Origin: Spirochaetaceae bacterium
GTDB taxonomy: Bacteria > Spirochaetota > Spirochaetia > DSM-27196 > PWMO01
Direction of reading: 5' to 3'
Length of the DNA stretch: 24,000 bases
Assembly (NCBI GenBank): GCA_007693325.1
Contig: REDW01000079.1
Span: forward strand, 52,721 to 76,720
Shown here piece after piece: positions 1 through 8,469 of this stretch. Positions within the stretch are counted from its first letter, which is position 1. Every line of letters starts with the position of its first letter. A program made the translations under genes and the position numbers. The notes beneath the pieces are model-generated. The model saw nothing but the letters and a program-made list of their open reading frames with translations, did no database searches and was not told the DNA's origin.

Positions 1-1134
1 GTTTTGCTAGAGAGTGTTCTGCACGAGGCGCGCGCGTTTGTGGAGGCCGATGCCGGCACGCTGTACCTGGCGCGAGATGGCCGCCTGTTCTTCAGCTACA
101 TCGAAAACGACACGCTCTTCCCCGAGGGCAACCCGAAAGAGAAGTATGTCTACTCGGAGAACAGCATCCCGATCGACAAGAACTCGCTGGCCGGCTACGT
201 GGCTGCAACCGGTGAAGCGCTGATGATCGATAATGTCTACGACATCAAGAGCAACGTCTCCTACAGCTTCAATCCCTCGTACGACAAGCTGACGCAATAC
301 AAGACGCAATCGATCCTGGTAGTCCCGCTGATGAAGAGCGACACCGTTGTGGTTGGCGTCTTGCAGCTGATAAACCGCAAAGACCGCCACGGCGATATCA
401 CCGCGTTCAACGCCGATGATCGGCTCTATATCACGTACTTTGCCGAGCACGCCGCGGATGCCATCGAGAAGGCAGACCTTTCGCGCCAGATGGTGATGCG
501 GATGGTGGAGATGGCCGAGCTGCGCGATCCGCGCGAATCGGTTGCGCACGCCCGCCGCGTGGGGGACTACGCAGTTGAGCTGTTCAACCGTTGGGCCGCG
601 CGCCACGGCGTACCACTTCACGAGCGCATCCTGAAGAAGGATATCTTCCGTGCAGCGGCGATCCTGCACGACGTCGGCAAAGTAGGTCTGACCGACGCAA
701 TCATCGCCAAGCAGGGTGAGTTCAACCAAGATGAGAAGGCGCTGATGTATCGCCACACGCTCTTTGGCGCGCGCCTTTTCACCAACTCGCGTTCGATCTG
801 GGACCGTATCGCCTACGAGGTGACTCTGAACCATCACGAGCGCTGGGACGGTTCGGGCTATCCCGGCCACGTCAAGGACATCTTTGCCGATGATATTGCC
901 TTTGGGCCAGGCAAGAAGGGCAAAGAGATTCCGCTGTCGGCACGGATCGTAGCGATAGCCGACGTGTTTGATGCGCTGACATCGGAGCGCTCGTACAAAA
1001 AGGCGTGGAGCGAGGACCAGGCCCTGGAGTACCTGCAGGAACACGCCGGTGAGAAGTTTGACCCGGAACTGGTGCAGCACTTCATCGATATTCGCGATGT
1101 GCTGCACGCAATTCTCAAACAGGCTCAGCAGTAG
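1..1134 (+). CDS. GAF-domain / HD-GYP-domain signalling protein (probable c-di-GMP phosphodiesterase); N-terminus cut by window edge
   Basis: The ORF is open to position 1 (track 4..1134). The C-terminal half has the HD motif ILHDVGK and the HD-GYP signature HHERWDGSGYPG. The N-terminal ~150 aa look GAF-like (VVGVLQLINR). Stop TAG is at 1132-1134. Confidence 0.85.
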   Translation, partial: VLLESVLHEARAFVEADAGTLYLARDGRLFFSYIENDTLFPEGNPKEKYVYSENSIPIDKNSLAGYVAATGEALMIDNVYDIKSNVSYSFNPSYDKLTQYKTQSILVVPLMKSDTVVVGVLQLINRKDRHGDITAFNADDRLYITYFAEHAADAIEKADLSRQMVMRMVEMAELRDPRESVAHARRVGDYAVELFNRWAARHGVPLHERILKKDIFRAAAILHDVGKVGLTDAIIAKQGEFNQDEKALMYRHTLFGARLFTNSRSIWDRIAYEVTLNHHERWDGSGYPGHVKDIFADDIAFGPGKKGKEIPLSARIVAIADVFDALTSERSYKKAWSEDQALEYLQEHAGEKFDPELVQHFIDIRDVLHAILKQAQQ

Positions 1135-1137
1135 CCA

Positions 1138-1431
1138 CTAACAGCCCTCGAGCACCGCTACGCGAAAGAGCTTGATTCCCTCGTCGGGGAATTCTCGCTT
1201 CAGTTCGCGCACAACATCGGTAACGCGGTCAGCAGTCTCTTCTTCACAATACATCAGCAGCAGGAAGTTCTCCTCCGGCCAGACGTGGTCACCGTGACGC
1301 GGCCCTGAATCGCCCACGCCGAAAACAACCGGTACTTTGGTGTAATAGACCTCACCGAGACCGCGCTTCTGCAGCAGATCAAAGAAATCACCCTCAACCG
1401 ACCGGTTGGCAATCATCTCAAGGCGCACCAT
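1138..1431 (-). CDS. small PII/GlnB-like-fold protein (hypothetical), translationally coupled to the RND pump
   Basis: 97-aa ORF. Its ATG (1431-1429) overlaps the pump stop codon, reading TAATG on the minus strand. A GGAGG Shine-Dalgarno (complement of 1440-1444) lies 8 nt upstream, inside the pump 3' end. The residue pattern suggests beta-alpha-beta-beta-alpha-beta with a Gly-rich loop, VFGVGDSGPRHGD, like a PII T-loop. The family (possibly DUF3240/GlnB-like) was not verified. Confidence 0.7.
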   Translation of the reverse strand: MVRLEMIANRSVEGDFFDLLQKRGLGEVYYTKVPVVFGVGDSGPRHGDHVWPEENFLLLMYCEEETADRVTDVVRELKREFPDEGIKLFRVAVLEGC

Positions 1432-4400
1432 TATTCTTTCCTCCGTCCCCGGCGGCGTTGCCGCTCGGCGTCGCGGTCAGCAGCACGCCGCTCGTCGCGG
1501 GCGATTTCGCGCTGCAACTGCGCCTGTTTGCGCTGGTACTTCTCATCACGGCGGCGCTCGCGGCGTGAGCTTATCCCGTCGGACAGCTGGTTGAACGCCG
1601 AATAGAGCGCCGGTACCAGAAAGAGCGTCAGAAAGGTAGCTACGGTCAGTCCACCCACAACCGTCTTGGCGATCGGCTGTACCAGGCTGGAGCCCTCTCC
1701 CTCGATGAAGGCCACCGGCACCAGCGCCAGAATCGTTGTCAGGCTGGTCATCAGGATCGGCCGCAAACGGTTGCCGCCGGCTTCGATACACGCTTCAAAC
1801 AGCTCCATGCCGCGCCGGCGCATCAAGTTGGTGTAGTCAACCAGCACGATACCGTTGTTGACAACGATACCCACCAGCATAACCGTCCCGACGGCCGTGA
1901 ACACGTTGAGCGTCTCGCCGGTAATATAATACAAACCGACAACGCCGATTGCCAGCAGCGGAATAGTGAACACGATGATAAACGGATCGAGAAACGACTC
2001 GAACTGACTCGCCATCACACCGTATACCAGCAGTATCGAGATCACAACAATGACCGCAAACGTCCGCAAGAGCTCCATCAGTTCGGCGTAATCGCCGCCG
2101 AACTCGATCACCAGTGTGTCATCCACCGGGATCTCCTGCTGTATCATCGCACGCACCTGCGGATCGACATCGCTGAGCTGAACACCGGGTGCCAGTCCGG
2201 CCCGCACGTTGACGGTACGTCGCTGATTCTCGCGACGGATGCTCACCGGGCCGGTGGCCCGTTCCAGTGTAGCGAAGCTCGATAGCGCAACGCGCCTGCC
2301 GGCACTGTTGATGACGAATATGCGCTCGAGGTCCGGCGCCGAAGAGCGGCTGGCCTCATCGGAGACTACCAGTATGTCGTACTCATCGGTCCGCGCACGG
2401 AAGCGCGAAGAAGTGATCCCGTCAACGTAGGCCCGTACTTCCTGTCCAACGCTCTGCACGTTGAGGCCCAACTCGTAGGCACGCGTACGGTCGATAACAA
2501 TTCGCAGTTCAGGCAACCCCTCGTCAAGGGTCACATTGGGCTCGGTAACCTCGTTTGGGAACCGATCGCGGAGAAGATCGGCGATGCGGTCGGCAGTCTG
2601 CTTACCGCGCTGGAGATCCTCCGTGGTAACGATGATCTCGATTGGCGGCGCATTGAACGGGCCACCTGCTCCGCCTTGCTGAAACGAGAATTGCGCGCCG
2701 GGAAAGCTGTCGAAATGTGCACGCAACTTCTCCTGCACATCGGCCGCTGTATCGATGCGCTCCTGAAACTCGGGCAGGGTCAACGCCAGCGTCCCTCGAT
2801 TGGTACGCGCACCGCCGAGACCGAAGAAACTGCGGTCCCCGGCTGTTACCACAATGTTGTTGTAGCCCTGGATCTCTTCTTCGGCAATCTGTTCCATCTG
2901 CTGCAGCACGTTCCTGGTGACCTCAAGGCTGGTACCCTGCGGCATGGTCAGCGAGACCTGGACAAAGTCGTCCTCCTGTGACGGAGCAAACTGGAACCCC
3001 ATAACCGGAATCAGCGCCAGACTGGCGCCGAACAGCACAACCACAATTACAACGACGATCCAGCGATGCCGCAACGAAAACCTCAACGCTGAGCGGTAAC
3101 CGCTGTCCAGCCCACTGAAGAAGCTGGTCAGCAGATTATCAAACACGCGACGAATACCGACTACCGGCCGCTGCTTCTTGCTTTCGATGCGCAGGTAGTG
3201 ACTCGAGAGAACGGGAATCAGAAGCACCGCCACCACCAGCGAGGCTACCAGCGAAATCACAACCGTGAACGCCAGCCCTGAGAACAGCTCACCGACAAAT
3301 CGCAGCTGACGGCGAAACAGCACCACCGGCAGGAACACACAGATAGTGGTCAGGGTCGAGGCGGTGATCGCCGTCAACATTTCCTGTGTGCCCAGAACCG
3401 CACTGGTTGTGAGCTTGGAACCCTTCTCACGGTAGCGATAGATGTTTTCCAGAATAACGATCGAGTTATCGACGAGCATTCCGATACCCAACGCCAACCC
3501 GGTCAGAGTCATGATGTTGAGCGTCAGCCCGAAGAAGTACATCAGCATCAGCGTAATGACGATCGATACCGGAATCGAGATCGCGATAACGGCGGTGGTG
3601 CGGAAGCTGCGCAGAAATACGAACAGCACCAGAACCGCAAATATGGCTCCCAGTATTGCCGAAGAAGAGACGTCGCGCAGCGAATCACGGATAATCTCGG
3701 TGGTATCGAGCAACACGCCGACTTCAACACCAATCGGCAGCGCGCTATTGATAGAATCCAACCGTCCCAGAACGTTGTCCGCGGTTTCAACCGAGTTGGT
3801 ACCGCTCTGCTTCTGAACCGCCAGCAACACTCCCGGTGACCCGTTGACAAACACTGCGGTATCCTGGCGCTTGAAATCGTCGTAAACGTTGGCGATCTCG
3901 CGCAGACGGATCCCGTAGTTAGCAGCAGATTCAGCGCCTGTGTTGCCGGCCAGGGGGTTTCCCTGAGCACCAGCCATCGGCCTGTGAGCGATAACCGTGT
4001 CCTTCAACTCTTCAAGACTGCGATACTCGCCTGCGGTGCGTACAAGGTAGTTTGTGGTGCCCTCGGTTATACGCCCTCCGGCAATCTGCACGTTCTGTGC
4101 GCGAATAGCCTGCGAAACCTGCGTCAGGGTAAGATTATAGGCTTCCAGACGGTCCTGAGGCACCTCCACACGAATCGCACGGTCACGGCCGCCCCTGACC
4201 GATGCCAGCGCAACACCTTCGATCTGCTCCAGACGCGGCTGGATCACGTCCTCGGCCAGCCGGCGCAGTTCCTCCGGCGAGCGGTTGCCCGAGACCTGCA
4301 GCTGCATGATCGGAAACTGAGATGGATCAAACTTGAATATCTGCGGCGCCCGCGCATCCGACGGCAAAGCGTCACGGACAAACTCCAGCCGGTCGCGAAC

Positions 4401-4721
4401 CTCATTGGAGGCTTCCGCCATATCGGTACCCCAGGTGAACTCGAGACTGACCTGGCTCGACCCCTCGGCCGAGGTCGACGTGATACTCTCTATATTGCTC
4501 ACGTTGCTCAGCTGGCTCTCCAGCGGGCGTGTCACGCTGCGCTCGACCTCTTCCGGGCCCGCACCGTCGTAGCTGGTCAATATCACCAGAAAGGGCGCTT
4601 CAATCTCGGGAAACAGGTCAATAGCGATATCACGCGCGGTGTAGATACCGAACCCGAACAACAGCGCAAACAGAATGAGAAGCGTCGTGGGACGATTTAC
4701 TACAGCCTTGGTAAGACTCAT
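1431..4721 (-). CDS. RND efflux transporter permease (AcrB/AcrD/AcrF family) with ~48-aa Arg/Glu-rich C-terminal tail
   Basis: 1096-aa ORF with typical RND N-terminus (VVNRPTTLLILFALLFGFGIY), two large periplasmic loops and 12-TM-type hydrophobic blocks. AAGGAG lies 7 nt upstream of ATG 4721. The tail reads SSRRERRRDEKYQRKQAQLQREIARDERRAADRDAERQRRRGRRKE. Confidence 0.95.
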   Translation of the reverse strand: MSLTKAVVNRPTTLLILFALLFGFGIYTARDIAIDLFPEIEAPFLVILTSYDGAGPEEVERSVTRPLESQLSNVSNIESITSTSAEGSSQVSLEFTWGTDMAEASNEVRDRLEFVRDALPSDARAPQIFKFDPSQFPIMQLQVSGNRSPEELRRLAEDVIQPRLEQIEGVALASVRGGRDRAIRVEVPQDRLEAYNLTLTQVSQAIRAQNVQIAGGRITEGTTNYLVRTAGEYRSLEELKDTVIAHRPMAGAQGNPLAGNTGAESAANYGIRLREIANVYDDFKRQDTAVFVNGSPGVLLAVQKQSGTNSVETADNVLGRLDSINSALPIGVEVGVLLDTTEIIRDSLRDVSSSAILGAIFAVLVLFVFLRSFRTTAVIAISIPVSIVITLMLMYFFGLTLNIMTLTGLALGIGMLVDNSIVILENIYRYREKGSKLTTSAVLGTQEMLTAITASTLTTICVFLPVVLFRRQLRFVGELFSGLAFTVVISLVASLVVAVLLIPVLSSHYLRIESKKQRPVVGIRRVFDNLLTSFFSGLDSGYRSALRFSLRHRWIVVVIVVVLFGASLALIPVMGFQFAPSQEDDFVQVSLTMPQGTSLEVTRNVLQQMEQIAEEEIQGYNNIVVTAGDRSFFGLGGARTNRGTLALTLPEFQERIDTAADVQEKLRAHFDSFPGAQFSFQQGGAGGPFNAPPIEIIVTTEDLQRGKQTADRIADLLRDRFPNEVTEPNVTLDEGLPELRIVIDRTRAYELGLNVQSVGQEVRAYVDGITSSRFRARTDEYDILVVSDEASRSSAPDLERIFVINSAGRRVALSSFATLERATGPVSIRRENQRRTVNVRAGLAPGVQLSDVDPQVRAMIQQEIPVDDTLVIEFGGDYAELMELLRTFAVIVVISILLVYGVMASQFESFLDPFIIVFTIPLLAIGVVGLYYITGETLNVFTAVGTVMLVGIVVNNGIVLVDYTNLMRRRGMELFEACIEAGGNRLRPILMTSLTTILALVPVAFIEGEGSSLVQPIAKTVVGGLTVATFLTLFLVPALYSAFNQLSDGISSRRERRRDEKYQRKQAQLQREIARDERRAADRDAERQRRRGRRKE

Positions 4722-4739
4722 CGTGCAGCTCCTTAGAAC

Positions 4740-5687
4740 TCAGTCCAGAACAGTGATTCGATCGATGATCCGAACCCGCGCACCGTCTTCCAGTAGTGCC
4801 TGGCCCTGGTACACGATCTCGTCACCAGCGGTCACTCCTTCAAGGATCTCGGCGACGTTGTCAATTTCAATGCCGACGCGAACAGGCCTCCGCTCGACGA
4901 TGGTCTCGTCGTCGTGTTGTTGCACCACAAACAGGTAGGTCTCGCCGAAGCGCCGTACAACAGTATCCGAAGGTACCTTGACCGCGCCCTCCTTCTGCTG
5001 CGTAATCAGCTGAACCTGGGCAAACATGCCGGGCCGAACGCGCGGATCACGACGGTTGAAGTTCAACGTTGCCCCGAGCGTCCGAGTCTGGGAATCGAGA
5101 ACCGGACTGACCTCGGTTACCCGCGCACCAAATTGCTCACCTGGATACGCGTCCAGGCGAACGGTTGCCGGCATACCGATGCGCATTTTTGAGACAAAAC
5201 GCTCGGCGACGGCGATACGAATCTCCAGCTCATCGGTCTGGGCAACGCGCGCCACCGGAGAACTGGTGCTTACCATCGATCCCGCCTGTACCGGCAGTGC
5301 TGTCACCGTGCCAGTTATGGTAGCGCGCACCGGGCTGGGCGCAAAGGTCTGTCCGGGCCGTGAACGGTCGACTTCGGCGATCACCTGGTCGGCCTGCACT
5401 CTATCTCCCACCCGCACATGGATCCGCTTGAGCTCTCCGGCGACATCCGCAAACATATCAACGTTGGATGACGCACGCACATCACCGGTAACCCGGATGT
5501 AATCGGTGATCGATCCTGCAATCGCCGTGGTGGTATTGACCGCAAAAACAGTGCGCCGCACGCCGTCAGCGTCGTTTTCTGCACCGGTTTGACCGTCGGT
5601 GCCGTTACGGTTGCCGCAGGCTGACAGCAGGGTCAGCAGCGACGCTATCGCTATTATCTGCACCATTCTAGTGCCACTCTTAGTCAT
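4740..5687 (-). CDS. RND efflux periplasmic adaptor (MFP/HlyD family) lipoprotein without alpha-hairpin
   Basis: The track ORF 4740..5912 extends over the upstream gene. I chose the internal ATG at 5687 (MTKSGTRMVQIIAIASLLTLLSAC), which gives a signal peptide plus the lipobox LSAC. Lipoyl/beta-barrel motifs are present (VGDRVQADQVIAEVD ... ATITGTVTALPVQAGSMV). The start overlaps the TolC stop by 8 nt. Confidence 0.9.
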   Translation of the reverse strand: MTKSGTRMVQIIAIASLLTLLSACGNRNGTDGQTGAENDADGVRRTVFAVNTTTAIAGSITDYIRVTGDVRASSNVDMFADVAGELKRIHVRVGDRVQADQVIAEVDRSRPGQTFAPSPVRATITGTVTALPVQAGSMVSTSSPVARVAQTDELEIRIAVAERFVSKMRIGMPATVRLDAYPGEQFGARVTEVSPVLDSQTRTLGATLNFNRRDPRVRPGMFAQVQLITQQKEGAVKVPSDTVVRRFGETYLFVVQQHDDETIVERRPVRVGIEIDNVAEILEGVTAGDEIVYQGQALLEDGARVRIIDRITVLD

Positions 5688-7110
5688 TGCTTTGCTCTCC
5701 CAATTGTTCGCCGTTGGCATTGAGTATGTATTGCAGATCCAGCAGCGCTTCAATGTATTCCAGCTTGCCCTGCAGCACCTGAAGCTGCGCGGTCTGCAAC
5801 TCCTGCTCGGCATTGCGCACGTCAAGCAGCTCGCGCGTTCCGGCCGCGTACGCCTCGGCTGCCAGCTCGAAGGCGCGCTCGGCCAACCGTTGGTTGCGCT
5901 CGCGCGACGCAATATTCCTCTGCAGCTGATCCAGGCGTTCTCCCAGGTTGCGAACCTGAAGCTCCAGCGCCTGGAAGGTAGACTCCATGGCTATGCGAGC
6001 GTCGGCCAGGTCGGTCTCCAGGTTGCTGATGCGTGTCCGGGTCTGTGAGGAAGGCAGAAACGTATCGAGCGGTTGAGTCAGCGTGATAGAGAATGCTCCC
6101 CGATCGCTCCAGTCATCGGCAACATCGTCGAACCACGGGTCACCGAAGGGATCTCTCTGGAAGGTTGGGTTGTAGGCGTAGCGAAATGTGAGGCTGGGAT
6201 AGAACCCGCGCGTCTGAGGGTCACCACCCGATTTTGCCAGTAGAATAGCGTTCTCCAGCTGACGCATCCCGTCCTGGATCTGCTGAATCGCCGTAGCTCC
6301 GGGTAACTTGCGTGCTATGAGACGCTCGACATCCAATTGCACCATCTCGGGGTCGATGCTGCCATCCAGTTGCAGCTGAGTGGTCAGCGGCAGGCCGAGA
6401 TCGCGGTTGAACTGGCGCCGCGCTGCGCGCTGGCGATCGAGTAGCGCCTCAAGTTCAGGACGCTGGTTCTCGTAGGACACCTCTTCGGAAAGCAATGTGA
6501 ACTCGTCAACCAGACCACTGTCGTAGTTGGCCATCGTCTGCTCCAGCCGCTCAGCAGCGATCTGAAGCGCTTCCTGACGCAGCAGCACCTGTTGATCCAG
6601 TACCAGCAGCCCGAAGAATGCCTTTCGCACATCACGCTCGATCCGATTGCGCGCATCGACAATGTCGATCAGCCCTGCCTCGTAGTCGAACCGTGCTGCC
6701 CGAATCCCGTAGATCGATCCGAGATTGAGGTTGAGGGTGGCCGCCAGCTCGCCGCTGATATTCCAGGCCGGCCCTTCAACTTCAACCGGCTGCCCCAAGT
6801 CAAATCCAACAATCGCGCTCGGGGTTTCGTTCGGGCGTGCCAGCGTAGTTCCCGCGCTGACAGTGGGAATGAACCGATTCCAGGCGGTATCGCGAGTGCG
6901 CCGGCGCTTTTCGAGGGTCAGTTCCTCGGACGAAAGCTCAAGGTTGTTGCGCAGCGCGATTGCCACCGCGTCTTCAACCGTCAACCTCCGTCCCTCGTCC
7001 TCGTCTTCAACCGTCAACCTCCGTCCCTCGTCCTGGGTAGCGGTCAGCGCGAGCGGTAGTCCGAGCAGCAACGCTGCAACCACCAGTAGCTTCAACTTAT
7101 TGGTCTTCAT
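5680..7110 (-). CDS. TolC-family outer membrane efflux protein
   Basis: I chose the internal ATG at 7110 (MKTNKLKLLVVAALLLGLPLALTA signal peptide). It has the OEP-type start LTVEDAVAIALRNNLEL and two coiled-coil/beta-barrel repeats. The start overlaps the TetR stop by 14 nt. Confidence 0.9.
   Translation of the reverse strand: MKTNKLKLLVVAALLLGLPLALTATQDEGRRLTVEDEDEGRRLTVEDAVAIALRNNLELSSEELTLEKRRRTRDTAWNRFIPTVSAGTTLARPNETPSAIVGFDLGQPVEVEGPAWNISGELAATLNLNLGSIYGIRAARFDYEAGLIDIVDARNRIERDVRKAFFGLLVLDQQVLLRQEALQIAAERLEQTMANYDSGLVDEFTLLSEEVSYENQRPELEALLDRQRAARRQFNRDLGLPLTTQLQLDGSIDPEMVQLDVERLIARKLPGATAIQQIQDGMRQLENAILLAKSGGDPQTRGFYPSLTFRYAYNPTFQRDPFGDPWFDDVADDWSDRGAFSITLTQPLDTFLPSSQTRTRISNLETDLADARIAMESTFQALELQVRNLGERLDQLQRNIASRERNQRLAERAFELAAEAYAAGTRELLDVRNAEQELQTAQLQVLQGKLEYIEALLDLQYILNANGEQLGEQSND
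6969..7034. repeat. perfect 33-bp tandem duplication (2 copies) inside the TolC-like gene
   Basis: 6969-7001 and 7002-7034 are both cgtcttcaaccgtcaacctccgtccctcgtcct. The duplication is in frame and duplicates 11 codons (protein reads DEGRRLTVEDEDEGRRLTVED). Confidence 0.95.
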
Positions 7111-8434
7111 CAGCAATTGTCCTTTCTTTGCCCGAGATTCCGTGGGAAACGGTACGATAAAAGTCACGCGTGAACGCAAACAGCTCTTCGCGACGGTCCA
7201 GTGCCAAACCGCACGCTTGGATTCCGCGGTTCATCAAGATACTCAGCAACGCCAGCGTCTCTATTACTTCGTCACGACGCAACGGGTTGCTGTGTCCCTG
7301 CAGATGCCGACGTATGAAGTCCGCGGTTTGGATGACTTCCTGTTCATCAGGCGTGCAGCCGGCAACCGGGACACGCTGAACCTGAACCCAATTGGAGAAC
7401 ACCATCAGGCTTCGGTTGTTCAGGTAGTAGCTCGCCAACGCGACGATGTACCCGTAAAGGCGTTCTGAAAAACTCCGTAGCTGCAGCGCACGCGCAAGAA
7501 ACAGATCGCGAAAGTGATGCCGTTCGGTTTGCAAGGCTTGGGAAAACATCGTGTCCTTGTTGTCGAAGTAGAAATAAAGACTACTCTTGGTCATGTCGAG
7601 CTGCTGTGCAATGCGATCAAGAGAAGCTTTCTCGAAACCTACCTCGGACACTACCGCATCCACCGCGGCAAAGAATCGATTGGGCTCAAGCAGTTCATCC
7701 TGACGTACTTCGGAAAGCTGTTCCACTGAAGCGTAATCAATATTGAGCTCCGCACCGGGAAACAGCCCGTTGAGGCAAAGTTCGACGGTGTGAGCAATGC
7801 GATTGTCCCGCTGAGTCGCATTGCGTTCACGAGCACCGTTCCGAAGTTGGCCAAGCGGCGTCCAGAAACCAAACGCCGACCACACTACCAGCTGAACGTG
7901 CATAAACATCAGCGATAACTGACAATGCTGCCCATTGGACCGCGAGTGAATAGCAGCATCGGGCACAAGGTGTGGCTGTACAATGTTGCTGATATCATCT
8001 CCGAGATCGTAGAAGCGCTTGCGGTCAACTTCAGGCCCCGGCAGCAGCTTGAGCATCAAAAAGAAGTAGTACTGCGGCAGATCCTCAAACATGCGCCAGA
8101 CGCCCTCGGCATACCGCTCAACGATGGTCCGTAACGTAGCCGGTTGAGGTATAGCAACCACGGTGTCGCGAACCTCACCGTACGCCGCCAGAAACGTCTC
8201 GGTCAGCGCCTCTACCAACGCCGCTTTGTTAGGGAAGTGGCGATAGATCGCCTGCTTGGTGACACCGAGCCTTTCAGACACCAATGCAAGGCTGGTACTT
8301 GTGAAATAGGTACTCCCCCAGGCTTCGAAAGCCGCCGTTACGATCTGCTGTCGTCTGTCAGTCTGTTTCAGAATTGCTGTCCTTGCGCATGCCGGCGGCA
8401 CTGTTACCGAACGGTCGTTAACGTAAATTAGCAA
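7097..8434 (-). CDS. TetR/AcrR-family regulator with two complete TetR modules in one polypeptide
   Basis: 445-aa ORF with two TetR-type HTH segments: RRQQIVTAAFEAWGSTYFTSTSLALVSERLGVTKQAIYRHFPNKAAL near the N-terminus and NRFFAAVDAVVSEVGFEKASLDRIAQQLDMTKSSLYFYFDNKDTM near residue 250. The start is uncertain: 8434 is TTG and sits inside a promoter-like motif, and GTG 8401 is an alternative. Confidence 0.85.
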   Translation of the reverse strand: MLIYVNDRSVTVPPACARTAILKQTDRRQQIVTAAFEAWGSTYFTSTSLALVSERLGVTKQAIYRHFPNKAALVEALTETFLAAYGEVRDTVVAIPQPATLRTIVERYAEGVWRMFEDLPQYYFFLMLKLLPGPEVDRKRFYDLGDDISNIVQPHLVPDAAIHSRSNGQHCQLSLMFMHVQLVVWSAFGFWTPLGQLRNGARERNATQRDNRIAHTVELCLNGLFPGAELNIDYASVEQLSEVRQDELLEPNRFFAAVDAVVSEVGFEKASLDRIAQQLDMTKSSLYFYFDNKDTMFSQALQTERHHFRDLFLARALQLRSFSERLYGYIVALASYYLNNRSLMVFSNWVQVQRVPVAGCTPDEQEVIQTADFIRRHLQGHSNPLRRDEVIETLALLSILMNRGIQACGLALDRREELFAFTRDFYRTVSHGISGKERTIADEDQ

Positions 8435-8453
8435 ACTGGGGGACGGAGGTCAA
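8425..8453 (-). promoter_or_regulatory. sigma70-like promoter candidate upstream of / overlapping the TetR gene start
   Basis: The minus strand reads TTGACC (8453-8448), a 17-nt spacer, then TAATTT (8430-8425). The spacer contains the GGGACGGAGG word and the TTG putative start codon. Confidence 0.35.
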
Positions 8454-8469
8454 GAGATATTTGCCTAAA

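Noticed and set aside
7-1107. 366-aa ORF on the minus strand covering the whole HD-GYP gene
   Set aside because: It is an antisense shadow ORF of a gene with clear GAF/HD-GYP motifs. Its translation is Arg/Val/Leu-rich with no motif, as is typical for GC-rich DNA.
3984-4736. 250-aa plus-strand ORF, and several 60-140-aa ORFs, inside the RND pump gene
   Set aside because: They are antisense or off-frame shadows of a well-supported 1096-aa RND ORF and have no independent signals.
5688-5912. N-terminal extensions of track ORFs: 4740..5912, 5680..7179, 9251..9883, 11964..13007, 16485..17414, 17063..18223, 14210..16204, 18582..19109 and 22240..22683
   Set aside because: Each extension overlaps the neighbouring gene or a repeat and has a biased, motif-free composition. 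In each case an internal start gives a proper signal peptide, Shine-Dalgarno or domain start. I used the internal starts.
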